From an uncultured Nitrososphaerales archaeon (GTDB taxonomy: Archaea; Thermoproteota; Nitrososphaeria; Nitrososphaerales; Nitrososphaeraceae), in assembly GCA_963713605.1 (NCBI GenBank), contig CAVQMO010000001.1, positions 960,001 through 1,024,000 on the forward strand: a stretch of 64,000 bases of DNA, written 5' to 3'. The first letter of the stretch is position 1, and each line of letters starts with the position of its first letter. This document shows, one piece after another, positions 41,591 to 52,340 of the stretch. Below the pieces are notes generated by a model. The model saw nothing but the letters and a program-made list of their open reading frames with translations. It had not been told where the DNA came from and did not search any database. Made by a program: the position numbers and the translations under genes.

Positions 41591-42707
41591 CATTAAGATA
41601 GTCCGAATTCATAATCGATGCTCGTTAGTGAATAAGTTAGCTAAAGACAAAAACAACAGCAATCCCTGAAGAGGAGAGACAAACGTTAGACAAATGGTTT
41701 GAATGAAGCTTTAGGAATTAAAATCACGCGAAACCGTGATCATGAGGAGGTATTTAACCCCAGAAACACATTGTATTTCAATAGTTTTGGACAAAAGAGA
41801 AATCTGCAGAGTGGCTCATCTATGCAAGCTCAAACGTGAATTCTCGCTCCTAAATTCAAGGAGTCCAATATATGCCAGCATCTATTTAGTATTCATACTG
41901 TCGAAAACACCTTCTACATATCTACAAAAAACTATATCAAAATTATTTGTTGAAACACCAGGAACCTAAAATGCTAACTCAAATTTTGCATTGTACTACC
42001 TCACAAAATGTGTCAGACCTCGATTTTTTAGGTTCTTGCTCTCAATGAATCGTACTTTCCCCTTCCCTTAGAGCCTATTTGGCAGGATATTTGGGATGCC
42101 CAACATTGTCTAACTCCGCCGGTGCCTTTTGCTTGGACATTAGCCAAGTGAATAATAGAGAATGGCATAGGATATTATCGCTTCGATTGAAGATTTCTCG
42201 GAAAAAAGGTCAATTACGTTCCCATACATCTAGGTAACAATTTTGCAAATATTACGAATCCTCTTGACACTCTATGTACCTTGCAGACTGATGAGATTTG
42301 CCATCTCTTCTTGTAGAAACATTGAAAAGTCTTGTTAAGTAGTAACATTAAAAGACTTGGTAGAGATTACCCTACGATTATGCGTTGTGGGGCTCAATGC
42401 TGCTGCATTGTTTGCAACCACTGAAGAGACTTTTTAATTGCTTTGTTCAAATCCTTTGAAGTAACTCTTTGATGCTACCTATAACTTGTTGTCTTGAGAG
42501 AGTCAATATCTGTAATGGTTTGCGAATAAAATTCTTGGGCATTCTGAGGATTTACACTCTAGTATTGTCCATAAGTATTTTGAATATTGTCGAGGTAAGG
42601 AGCATCGGAAGAATTAAGTGCACGTAGGATGGCATTCTGAGGGTCAATATGACTGGTCGATAATTTCTCTCGATGCTGAAGTTGCCTATTTATCTGTACT
42701 GGGGTAA

Positions 42708-43709
42708 CTATTGTCGAGTAAACTCAGGCTTTCCTTTGTTCCATGGTACCCGCTTTTCTAAGTAGATGACAATAGCCATGTATAGTAGTATCCATGGAAT
42801 AAACATTATTTCACCGATAACAGAGTGGAATTCTTCCCAACGACTCAAGTTTGAGTTCGGATCTAAAGCGTAAAGAGAAAGTAATGTAATTCGAATACTA
42901 TTCACTACACAAGTCAATAATATTCCTGAAAATAAATAGATCAATGTTCTCTTCCATGGAATGGAAGTCTTAAGTAAAAAAGCGAACATTACGAGGCCAA
43001 AGATAACGATACTGTGAACACCTGCAGAAGGCCAGTAGACCTTCATCACAAATGGGCCATCTGCGCTATACAGCACCAGGGTGTTATTAAAAGCCTGAGA
43101 AGTGAACTCCGTTTGAAGATTTAGTATTTGGCTGATTAAATCGAGAGTTCCTACGTTTAGATTGAGATAGGCGGGAACGAAAAATTGAAGGATTCCCAAT
43201 GTGTCATAAGGAAAGAGAGAATCGAGTAGCAGGATTGTAGCATAGCATATTAGAAATAGTGTAGTAGCTCCTCCGATTCTTATCCAGTTCTTATTACCGA
43301 AAATCAACACAAGGGTTATTACAAAATAAATTGCAAAAATGACATAATCCCACATTAACTTCCAGCTCTCACTTATTAGTACTCCAGCTGACCTTCCCAA
43401 ACCTGAAAGTATATCTGAAGAACCGAAAGATAGACTTAAGAAATATAGTCCAATCAAAATAGCGATGGAAATGAGCATGCTTGTTTCACGGCTTCTAATT
43501 AGAGGCCGCGACCCAAAAATTTCAATCAAAGTAAGAACGGTCGCAATCAAGAAGCCTCCTCTTCCCTCGTTCCACGTGTTTCCGAATGTAGCCGGATAAA
43601 GAACATAAGAAAGCAGAACGGGCCAGAGTAATACAATAATAATTATAATTTGATTGTATCTTTTAAAAATCAGCCCGGCACAGTAAACTTTTACCAGGGT
43701 GTATTTCAT
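42708..43709 (-). CDS. Thaumarchaeosortase (exosortase/archaeosortase family)
   Basis: Multi-pass membrane protein; WNEGRGG, VYWPSAGVHS (Ser at the nucleophile position), NSIRI (Arg), FHSVIGE (His). Confidence 0.88.
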   Translation of the reverse strand: MKYTLVKVYCAGLIFKRYNQIIIIIVLLWPVLLSYVLYPATFGNTWNEGRGGFLIATVLTLIEIFGSRPLIRSRETSMLISIAILIGLYFLSLSFGSSDILSGLGRSAGVLISESWKLMWDYVIFAIYFVITLVLIFGNKNWIRIGGATTLFLICYATILLLDSLFPYDTLGILQFFVPAYLNLNVGTLDLISQILNLQTEFTSQAFNNTLVLYSADGPFVMKVYWPSAGVHSIVIFGLVMFAFLLKTSIPWKRTLIYLFSGILLTCVVNSIRITLLSLYALDPNSNLSRWEEFHSVIGEIMFIPWILLYMAIVIYLEKRVPWNKGKPEFTRQ

Positions 43710-43851
43710 CTGATGTACCTCAGATTAAACAGCAGATAAGGATTTTGCTATTGAAAGATTTCAACCATCGATATAGTTTTGGTTCCTAAGTCAGCACCTA
43801 GATCGCATTCATCCAAATAGTTCAATGACCTATTCTTCAACAGGTAAGCTT

Positions 43852-44436
43852 CTAGCTGCCTCTTGAAACGAGTCTGGCAATTCTCAAAGGCTCAGGAATT
43901 TTTCCTTGGATGATAAAACTATTTAATATATGAAGAGTTTGGACAGGACCTATTCCCCAACTTCGAACATATACCATCATTCCAGTTTTCAGTGTGATAT
44001 TTTCCCGAGTCCCCAAATTCCTATACGCTTCGACTCGTCTGTCTGCTTCAGATTTAGCAAAGTTATGAAAAAATCTGTCTTCAATACCCGGTGAATCTTG
44101 GTATGTTACCCCAATTACGGGTATCCCAGTCGATTCGAGTATTTTTTCTCCAGCGACAACATTGTAAAGGCTTATTATCAAACCATTAATCATAATGCAA
44201 TTGACGTCGTTCCGATTCAATTTCCTGAACAATGATATGATTTGCTTGGTGGCGTCGTCACCTCCAACCAATGTCCTTCCCAGGACAACTCCATCCACTA
44301 TCATGTCACGACGTAAAACAACCCCGCCGAGGGTTGAAAATTTCGAGTACTTTGTGAAGCTCTCCGCGATTCCGAACACACGAACGCCTTTTTTTTCAGG
44401 ATGGATTCTTTTGTGACGTTTTTCGCCGGATATCAT
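43852..44436 (-). CDS. DUF99 family protein (endonuclease V-like fold)
   Basis: RVFGIAESF, VGGDDAT, YNVV, GKIPEPLRIA; true C-terminus may extend past an indel. Confidence 0.85.
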   Translation of the reverse strand: MISGEKRHKRIHPEKKGVRVFGIAESFTKYSKFSTLGGVVLRRDMIVDGVVLGRTLVGGDDATKQIISLFRKLNRNDVNCIMINGLIISLYNVVAGEKILESTGIPVIGVTYQDSPGIEDRFFHNFAKSEADRRVEAYRNLGTRENITLKTGMMVYVRSWGIGPVQTLHILNSFIIQGKIPEPLRIARLVSRGS

Positions 44437-44624
44437 CGCACCATCTAATATCCAGTCTCCCCATATTAATAGAATCCTTCAGCCAATCGAGCCACTTTTG
44501 TATGCTTACGTAAGTCTATATTCTGATATTATACTAGCAAATAGTACAGAAATTCCACACCACTATACAGTGATATACTGAGACGTATGGTAGTATAGAC
44601 AGTAGGGAATACTCCATGTACACA

Positions 44625-45506
44625 CTATAGTAATGAAGTATATATATAGAACATAGTTGATCCATAACACTTCGTATTTAGACGAACCTCTGAAGATACT
44701 CGTAAGACTTGAAGAGCAGCCTCAATAGGATTATCCTGATAAGTGTACAGTTCAACTGTAATAAAACCTTGATATCCTACCGATCTTATTGCATCAAAAA
44801 TATTCTTAAAGTTGATGGAACCTGTTCCTGGCAATAAATGATTATGCACCCTGTCGCTAGAAATGTCTGCCAGGTGGAAGTGTCCTATATAGTCAGCAAG
44901 TTGATACACAACTTCAGCAGGGTCCTCCCCTACACAAAAAAAATGTCCTAGATCACAATTTATTCCTATACTTTTAGAGTTAAAACTCTTCAGAAATTCT
45001 GTAATTTGCGATGAGTTTTCTATTATTAGTCCAGGCTCTGGTTCAACTAGAATTCTGACTTTTTCGGCCTCAGCTATCTTTACAGCCTGCTCTATGTTTT
45101 TTGCAAACAGCTTTATCAAATCTCTTCTTTCATGTGCATTAGCAGTCTGCGGGCCCCCGCCCTCAGTAGAAATATTTTTTGCTCCCAGGAGCCTGGCTGC
45201 TTTTAAGCAATTGATTGTATGCATCATACGGATTTCTGTAGAATGCATATCCGTTTCTATCCATGAAGGATGGTATACATCATTGATTGCATAGAGTGTA
45301 AATGCATTCAAGTTAGAGACCTTTAGATGTTGTTTTTCCAAAAGGTTATTCAACAATGAAAGACGGTGGTTAGGGAGCAGAGGAGGGAATAAATGCGGAA
45401 CATCACACAGAATTTCAACCCCTTCATACCCGATAGCTCCTATCTCCCTAATAGATTCCTCAAGCGAATACCGCTTGAAGGCATTTGTACTAAATGCTAG
45501 CTTCAT
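44625..45506 (-). CDS. Xylose-isomerase-like TIM-barrel sugar phosphate isomerase/epimerase
   Basis: EPEPG, DLGH, HFHLAD, HNHLLPGTG, VELY metal ligands; 3' end possibly frameshifted. Confidence 0.85.
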   Translation of the reverse strand: MKLAFSTNAFKRYSLEESIREIGAIGYEGVEILCDVPHLFPPLLPNHRLSLLNNLLEKQHLKVSNLNAFTLYAINDVYHPSWIETDMHSTEIRMMHTINCLKAARLLGAKNISTEGGGPQTANAHERRDLIKLFAKNIEQAVKIAEAEKVRILVEPEPGLIIENSSQITEFLKSFNSKSIGINCDLGHFFCVGEDPAEVVYQLADYIGHFHLADISSDRVHNHLLPGTGSINFKNIFDAIRSVGYQGFITVELYTYQDNPIEAALQVLRVSSEVRLNTKCYGSTMFYIYTSLL

Positions 45507-45657
45507 GTGCAAATCTTCTCTATGCTTAATAAATCTCTTTACCACCAGCGTAAGCCCAATATATTTGTCTAACTTATGGTTAGGTGGCTATATCTTAAGG
45601 AAGCGCATCACAAAAATATCTGTCTGCAATTAATGTAGGAATCATAGTGAAGAGGGA

Positions 45658-46584
45658 GTGGATCTGGAAATTGAAAACAATATCTTAAATCTCGAGATTG
45701 CTGGCATCTCTCTGAGGAATCCTGTGATTCTTGCATCAGGATTTCTAGGGATATCTCAAGCTATCTTTGAGCGAATTTATGGTGAAGGAGCTGGAGCGGT
45801 TGTTAGCAAATCTATTAGTAGATACCCTATGGAGGGTTACAGAAATCCTACTCTCGTAGTATTGGAGAATAAGAGCTACATCAACGCGGTAGGGCTTTCC
45901 AATCCAGGACACGAGTCATTTTATGAGGAAGTTAGGACAAACGACAAAGTTCCTCTGATGGTGAGCTTAGTTGGGTCAGATCCTTCAGATTTTGAAGTCA
46001 TGACAAGAAAACTCGGTAAGTCAAGAATTATTGGATTTGAAATAAACCTATCATGCCCTCATGTTCAGAAACTAGGAATGGAAGTTGGCGATGATCCGCA
46101 AATGGTGAAATCGATAGTTGAAACCACGAAATCCAATACAACCAAGCCAGTTTTCGTGAAAGTAGGCGTAGGAAATACGAATCTACTTGATATCTCTCAA
46201 GCTGCTATCGACGCAGGCGCCGATGGAATCACAGCGATCAATACAATAAGAGCTATGAAAATTAGCATAGAAAATTTCAATCCTATTTTAAGCAATAAGA
46301 TTGGAGGGTTGTCAGGGAGTTCAATTAAGCCAATCGCTATCAGATGTGTTTATGAACTCTCAAGGAAATTTGATGTACCTATCATTGGGTGTGGCGGGAT
46401 TTCTAATTGGGAAGATGCTGTAGAGTTCATGATCGCGGGTGCGACATCGTTTCAGGTTGGAACAGCGATAGGTTTTGATGGTATGAGTATTTTTAATTCC
46501 ATAAATAGTGGTATAGTCAAATACCTTGAGAAGAAAGGTTACCAGAGTGTGAAGGAACTAATTGGTAGATCGCACAAATACTGA
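45658..46584 (+). CDS. pyrD: Dihydroorotate dehydrogenase type 1B catalytic subunit
   Basis: NAVGLSNPG, EINLSCPH, AINT, GGLSG. Confidence 0.95.
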   Translation: MDLEIENNILNLEIAGISLRNPVILASGFLGISQAIFERIYGEGAGAVVSKSISRYPMEGYRNPTLVVLENKSYINAVGLSNPGHESFYEEVRTNDKVPLMVSLVGSDPSDFEVMTRKLGKSRIIGFEINLSCPHVQKLGMEVGDDPQMVKSIVETTKSNTTKPVFVKVGVGNTNLLDISQAAIDAGADGITAINTIRAMKISIENFNPILSNKIGGLSGSSIKPIAIRCVYELSRKFDVPIIGCGGISNWEDAVEFMIAGATSFQVGTAIGFDGMSIFNSINSGIVKYLEKKGYQSVKELIGRSHKY

Positions 46585-47413
46585 TATTCTAAGGTATGCA
46601 CGGATAAAAAGGGTAATCGAAGAGACACCGACCATACGGACTATCGTATTTGAGGATGAGTACAGTATTGCTTCCATGCCTGGACAATTCATAATGGTAT
46701 GGATCCCGCAAGTTGAAGAGCTACCGATGAGTGTAGGGATAGAAAGGTTTGAGGGTAGTAAATTTGCGGCTGTTACTGTCAGAAAATACGGCACTGGTTC
46801 AACAGCACTCTACAAAAAACAAGTAGGGGAACTTATTGGTATAAGAGGCCCTTACGGAAATCACTTTTCGATTCCCGAGAATCTTAAGAACGCGCTGCTA
46901 ATAGGAGGAGGTACTGGGTTAGTACCGCTTGTGAGGTTGTTCAGTGACCTTCTACATGATCGGGTCCAGACTTCGATAATTATGGGAGCAAGAACTAAGA
47001 ACGAGGTACTATTCGAGCACAAGGTTCAGAAGTTGCTAACCGACAATAACCCTAAAGATAGTGTTGCATTTTCAACTGACGACGGAACTTTTGGATTTAA
47101 AGGATCGACGGTGGACTTGGCTGAGTCAGTCCTTGTTTCCAAAAAATTTGAAATAATGTATACATGTGGACCTGAACTAATGATGAAAGGAGTTCATAAG
47201 TTGGGAGAAAGATTTTCTATTCCAGTTGAGGCTAGTCTCGAGAGATACATGAAATGTGCTATCGGGATTTGCGGAAGTTGTTGTATTAGCAACAGATTAG
47301 TATGTCAGGATGGAACAATTTTCAATTCGAATAGCCTGAGACACCTTACAGAATTTGGTGTCAGTTATAGGGATAAGAGCGGACGACCCTCCTACTTCAT
47401 CTCTCAGAGCTGA
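46562..47413 (+). CDS. pyrK: Dihydroorotate dehydrogenase electron transfer subunit
   Basis: PGQF, RGPYG, GGGTG, CGP, MKCAIGICGSC...CQDG. Confidence 0.94.
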   Translation: MVDRTNTDILRYARIKRVIEETPTIRTIVFEDEYSIASMPGQFIMVWIPQVEELPMSVGIERFEGSKFAAVTVRKYGTGSTALYKKQVGELIGIRGPYGNHFSIPENLKNALLIGGGTGLVPLVRLFSDLLHDRVQTSIIMGARTKNEVLFEHKVQKLLTDNNPKDSVAFSTDDGTFGFKGSTVDLAESVLVSKKFEIMYTCGPELMMKGVHKLGERFSIPVEASLERYMKCAIGICGSCCISNRLVCQDGTIFNSNSLRHLTEFGVSYRDKSGRPSYFISQS

Positions 47414-47659
47414 TAGAAAATGAAATTCAGAAACCCCTCTAGGTATGTTAATTGAATAGAGTCGACATAGTAACTCACATTGGCCTAGAGAAGTTGAATA
47501 CCTCTAAGGTTATTCATCCCTCAATCTCTAGGCCTAAAATAGTTTACCATACAAAGTTCGCTGGAAAAAAGCTCACTATCGATTGTTGAATGGGCGGGCT
47601 AAAAGAAACAAGATGAACTGTGATTCAACCGGCACCTTGGACGCGTACGTTCCATTGGT

Positions 47660-47981
47660 TTAGCCTCGCCTATATCTACGCCTTTTATTCCTGAAAGATC
47701 GTGTTTTCTTTCCAGTCTGTGGAGGCCCACCTCTATGAAATGAAAATCTAAACAATTTACTCCCTGTGGTTCTCTTGATCTGAACATTATCCAGGAGTAC
47801 CTGAAGCGTATGGTGCATCGACTGGGCCAATGAGTTCAGTTACTCTTCCAACCTTCTTACTTTCACCATCGAAGAGGTTTTCGCCAGGTTTCAACACAAT
47901 CCCGTTTCCGACCTTCAATATCATTCGACCACTCTTTGCAATGTGAATTACTTCTCCAGCTTCAATTATTGAAGACATCAC
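47660..47981 (-). CDS. gar1: Gar1/Naf1 H/ACA RNP protein (apparent frameshift ~47800)
   Basis: GEVIHIAKSG...VGRVTELIGPVDAPYAS; basic tail (KKTRSFRNKRRRYRRG*) in shifted frame; adjacent to SRP19. Confidence 0.85.
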
Positions 47982-48060
47982 TTAGATATATCCAGCATTC
48001 ATTTTTTCAGAGACTTCAGTAGCCATAATCACAATTTCCTTAGATATTCTGACACATAAG

Positions 48061-48378
48061 TTATCGTCTTTTTGTTAACTTGGTTCGATTTTGTATTATC
48101 TTTTCTGCTAACGTATTTAGAATATTGGACTTTTTCAAATTTACATTTTTTTCCAACATTACATAACCTGATCTTACATACGGCCTTCTCGGGAACCTCG
48201 CAGTTTCGTTAGTGTTGTCACTGCTTACTGTAAATCCAGCCGATTTGGAAGCATCAACTAATTCTTGAATCGAAGGATCAAAAATAGCCACATGTTTTGA
48301 TACTTTCCTCCCCTTCCTTCGAGATAAATTACGATTAAAATAATCGGTCCATACTATAACATGGTCGTAGTCCTTCAC
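48061..48378 (-). CDS. srp19: Signal recognition particle 19 kDa protein
   Basis: IVWTDYFNRNLSRRKGRKV, FPRR...SGYV. Confidence 0.92.
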   Translation of the reverse strand: MKDYDHVIVWTDYFNRNLSRRKGRKVSKHVAIFDPSIQELVDASKSAGFTVSSDNTNETARFPRRPYVRSGYVMLEKNVNLKKSNILNTLAEKIIQNRTKLTKRR

Positions 48379-48549
48379 ACTAAACTCCCTTTCTCTTGAT
48401 AGTCAATAGTACAATATTTAAACTGAAATGATGATGCGCAATTATTTGATACAGTTGATGCTGCGAGAGTGAGGCGTCTGAAAGTGCACAGCTATTCCTA
48501 TAGTATATGAAAACTATTTAATACAACCGGTCAATTCTGTCTACACTTA

Positions 48550-49830
48550 TTGAAACAAAAGAGCCAAAGTATCCTAATAATTGGTGGTGGAGGAAGAGAA
48601 CATGCCCTAGGCTGGAAAATTTCTCAGAGCAAACTTGTTGAAAGTGTTTATTATGCTCCTGGAAACGCTGGCACCATAAACAATGTCCAGATTCAACCAG
48701 ATGATTTCGAGAAGTTAGCCTCCTTTGCGCAAAGTAAGAATTGCTTTACTATAGTAGGACCAGAAGCGCCGATCTCTTTAGGGATTGTGGACTACTTTTC
48801 GGCCCGAAATTTAGGGATTTTTGGTCCTTCGTCAAGAGCCGCTAAAATTGAAACAAGCAAATCATTCGCGAAGGACCTGTTGCGGTCAAACGGAATTCCA
48901 ACACCACAATTTGCAACGTTCACGGACTACCAAGATGCAATAGACTACGTGTTAAAGCAATCCGAAGCCCTAGTTATAAAGGCTGACGGTATAGCAGGAG
49001 GGAAAGGTGTGATTGTTTGCGAAAATCAGGAAGAGGCGATCAATGCAATCGAAGAGATGATGATAAAGAGAATTTTTGGGGAAGCTGGTAACCGAATTGT
49101 GATCGAGGAAAGAATTAGGGGACAAGAGGTTTCCATTATCGTTCTTTCAGACGGATCTAACATCAAGGCATTTCCCACGTGTAGAGACTACAAGAATATT
49201 GCCGACGGCAACGTTGGTCCCAACACGGGAGGAATGGGCAGCTTTTCCCCGGTTCCTTACGTCAGCCAAGATATGCAGCGAAAAATCCTTGATGAAATCC
49301 TAAAGCAGACTGTCTCGGTTATGAAATCAAATTCATTGCCGTTTACCGGGTTCCTCTATGCCGGATTAATGATTGACAAGAAGGGCAAAGTAAGCGTCTT
49401 GGAATTCAATGCTAGAATGGGTGATCCAGAATGCCAATGCTTGACGGTAAGGATGGACTCTGATCTATTTGAATATCTCTCCTTCGCAGAGGCAGGAAAA
49501 TTAGACGAGCTTCCACCTCTGCAATGGAAGGACCAGTCTTCAATCTGCGTGGTGATGGCTGCAAGGGGATACCCGTCAAGGTACCAAAAAGGTCAAATCA
49601 TACACGGTTTGAAAAATGTTTATCCGAAAGATATTAACATATTTCACTCTGGTACTACGCAAGATTCATCGGGCAATATAATGACTAGTGGCGGAAGAGT
49701 GCTTTCTGTAACATCACTTGCGTCTAATTTGAGAGAGGCGAGGCAACGCGTTTATGAGGTTGCAGACCAGATTACTTGGGGTGAGAATGGTCAGTACTTT
49801 AGAAAGGATATTGGGATATATTCAATCTAG
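48550..49830 (+). CDS. purD: Phosphoribosylamine--glycine ligase
   Basis: GGGGREHAL, GPEAP, GPNTGGMG, EFNARMGDPE, GGRVL. Confidence 0.97.
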   Translation: MKQKSQSILIIGGGGREHALGWKISQSKLVESVYYAPGNAGTINNVQIQPDDFEKLASFAQSKNCFTIVGPEAPISLGIVDYFSARNLGIFGPSSRAAKIETSKSFAKDLLRSNGIPTPQFATFTDYQDAIDYVLKQSEALVIKADGIAGGKGVIVCENQEEAINAIEEMMIKRIFGEAGNRIVIEERIRGQEVSIIVLSDGSNIKAFPTCRDYKNIADGNVGPNTGGMGSFSPVPYVSQDMQRKILDEILKQTVSVMKSNSLPFTGFLYAGLMIDKKGKVSVLEFNARMGDPECQCLTVRMDSDLFEYLSFAEAGKLDELPPLQWKDQSSICVVMAARGYPSRYQKGQIIHGLKNVYPKDINIFHSGTTQDSSGNIMTSGGRVLSVTSLASNLREARQRVYEVADQITWGENGQYFRKDIGIYSI

Positions 49831-50415
49831 GACGAACGATTGGAAGCCCGTCTCTGTCACGACATTGTCGACCTTCACGTCGTGCCTAGAATGAGGCAGG
49901 AACCGGTTCTTTGTAATCTGAAAATCGAATGCTAGCCCAATTGCCGTCATCTGTCCTTTATTTCTAAGGAAATTATCATAGTAGCCCATTCCGTGACCTA
50001 ATCTATTACCGTGTAAATCAAAAGCGATGCCTGGGACGATCAAAAGATCCATAGCTTTGGAGACGTCAATTTCCGTTCCTTTTGGCTCCAGAATGCCAAA
50101 TTTTCCTTTAAGAAAAGAATTCATACTATACTCATCAATCTCATAAAACTTCATCGATGCTGAATCTATTACCCGCGGCACCGCTATAGTTTTCGTTTTT
50201 CTAAACCCTGCCTCAATGATCATCCGAGTCCTGACCTCTGAACCATGAGCTAGATACACTCCCAATATGTTGGATTCCTCAAAGAAACGGCTTGTAGTGA
50301 ATATTTCTTGTATTTGCTTACTCTTGCTGTGGATTTCAAGTTCAGTTAGCCTATTTCTCTTGGCTAATATTTCGCTTCGCAAGATTCTCTTATTATCAGC
50401 AATGGAAGAGCTCAA
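49822..50415 (-). CDS. 5-formyltetrahydrofolate cyclo-ligase
   Basis: FGILEP, VPGIAFD..GNRLGHGMGYYD, HDVKVD. Confidence 0.93.
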   Translation of the reverse strand: MSSSIADNKRILRSEILAKRNRLTELEIHSKSKQIQEIFTTSRFFEESNILGVYLAHGSEVRTRMIIEAGFRKTKTIAVPRVIDSASMKFYEIDEYSMNSFLKGKFGILEPKGTEIDVSKAMDLLIVPGIAFDLHGNRLGHGMGYYDNFLRNKGQMTAIGLAFDFQITKNRFLPHSRHDVKVDNVVTETGFQSFVLD

Positions 50416-50518
50416 AGTGTGCTCAAACCATTAATCAGCTCTGAGCCCCTTTTTTATTGTACTTTAACAGAGACAAACTTCTCTTTTGATATGTAGCCTC
50501 CCTCTCGCTCGATTGATC

Positions 50519-51137
50519 TCAATAGTTGATCTGAACCATCCTTCCAGAAATCTTGACCCTCTTTTCTGTTACCATCTTAACTGCCTCTGGATAGATGAGA
50601 TGTTCATCACTCAGAATGCGATCCGATAAAGTTTCTTCGGTGTCATATGGGAAGACGGGGGTGCTCTTTTGAATGATAATAGGACCGGTGTCTAATCCTT
50701 TGTCGACAAAATGAACAGTGCAACCGCTTACTTTTACTCCGTATTCTAACGCTTGGCGTTGAGCATGTAACCCTGGAAATGAGGGAAGCAATGAAGGATG
50801 GATGTTTAGAATTCTATTTCTAAAGAGGTTGACAAATTCGGGGCTCAATAATCTCATGAAGCCTGCCAAACAAACTAGGCCATTTGTTGAAGATATACCA
50901 TATTTTTGAAGCAGTGTAAGTACCCTTCTTGTCGTACTTCCAACCTTTAAGCTCGTTATTGTCTAGAACTTCTGTATGCACACCAAACTTTTCCCTTGCG
51001 ATCGTAAGACCACCTGCTCCTGGCAGATTTGAAAGAACCAAAACTGGTTCCGCAAGGGGCAATCGCCCCTGCCAGATAGCAGTCAGGATCGCATCCATAT
51101 TACTTCCTCGACCAGATATAAGAATGGCGAGTTTCAT
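50519..51137 (-). CDS. purN: Phosphoribosylglycinamide formyltransferase (apparent frameshift ~50925)
   Basis: ISGRGSNM, LAGFMR, NIHPSLLP, GCTVHFVD..LDTGPII. Confidence 0.95.
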
Positions 51138-51184
51138 TAATCAGTTCAGATCAAGTTGCCTGTCAGCTAATATTTATTTAAATC

Positions 51185-52333
51185 GTGGTAGGGCCGGCTG
51201 AGGTCGGATACATGCAACTATTAACATTAAAATACTTCGGCGAAGAATGGGTCAAGGCCTCTAGATTGAGAATCCAAGTTGCAATTAACGAAGGAGTACT
51301 GGCAGTTCAGGTTGGCGGAAAATCCATCTCTTTGGATCCTAAGCGAGACTCTAATTCGGATTTTACGTTTGTCTCACACGCACACACGGATCACCTTGTT
51401 TTGCGGAGAAAGAATAGTAATAGTTCGAGGAAGATACTGGCTTCACAAGCCACTGCCGTAATCGCTAATTCTAGAGGACATGACTTGGAAACACCAATAA
51501 AGACTCCTGAAGAGTACGATCTAGTAGATACAGGACATATTTTAGGTTCCAGAGGTTTTCTGATCCCTGATGAACTTTTTTATACTGGAGACATTTCGAT
51601 ACGTGAACGGGCATTCCTAAAGGGTATAAAACCACCAAAGGCTAAGAATTTGATCTTGGAATCTACTTTTGCTAGACCAGAGTATGTTTTCCCGTCATTG
51701 GAGCAGTGCATTCACGAGACCAATGAGCTTATCTCGAAAATGTATAATCGGGGGATTCCTCTTATTTTAATGGGCTATCCATTGGGAAAGGCTCAACTCC
51801 TCACTGAATTTTTCAGGCATTGGGATCCGTTAATCGTCCATGATTCAGTGGACAAGATGAACTCTGTCTATAGGCAATTGGGGATACCATTGAAAGAAGG
51901 TATGACCTTTTCACAAGCAAGGGAAAGGGGAATGATTCAACGTGGTGTACCTTGGATAATGATATCTCCTTTCATGAGTAGGGGCGCAGATCTTATCAGA
52001 ACCATGAAATCGTGTTGTAGCGCTGTTACAGTCGGCTTTACGGGCTGGGCTACAAGAGCAAGATTTAGACAGGTAATGGGTTTGGATTATGCGATCCCAG
52101 TAAGCGACCATTGTGATTTTAACGAGTTACTTGAAATCGTGAGGTACTGTAATCCTGAAAAAGTGTATACAATTCACGGATTTGCAGATTATTTTGCCAT
52201 GAAACTGCGGGCCATGGGTTACGAGGCAAAGGCTCTCATGGGGCAGAAGAAACGGAAGGGGGAGCATGTACAGCAAATAAAGAAGATACCGCTTTCAAAA
52301 AATCAAAGTCTGATTGATTCGTACTTTGACTGA
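51185..52333 (+). CDS. Metallo-beta-lactamase / beta-CASP fold nuclease (start uncertain)
   Basis: SHAHTDH, GHILGS, YTGD, ESTF, LGKAQ, SDHCD, HG. Confidence 0.88.
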   Translation: MVGPAEVGYMQLLTLKYFGEEWVKASRLRIQVAINEGVLAVQVGGKSISLDPKRDSNSDFTFVSHAHTDHLVLRRKNSNSSRKILASQATAVIANSRGHDLETPIKTPEEYDLVDTGHILGSRGFLIPDELFYTGDISIRERAFLKGIKPPKAKNLILESTFARPEYVFPSLEQCIHETNELISKMYNRGIPLILMGYPLGKAQLLTEFFRHWDPLIVHDSVDKMNSVYRQLGIPLKEGMTFSQARERGMIQRGVPWIMISPFMSRGADLIRTMKSCCSAVTVGFTGWATRARFRQVMGLDYAIPVSDHCDFNELLEIVRYCNPEKVYTIHGFADYFAMKLRAMGYEAKALMGQKKRKGEHVQQIKKIPLSKNQSLIDSYFD

Positions 52334-52340
52334 ATTTTAG

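Noticed and set aside
41504..42700. Integrated element or provirus at tRNA-Lys
   Set aside because: No integrase, no duplicated tRNA 3' end noticed in the window, and no viral or plasmid genes.
44500..44620. Possible small hydrophobic peptide on the minus strand upstream of the DUF99 gene
   Set aside because: It needs an assumed frameshift to form a TM helix and has no motif support.
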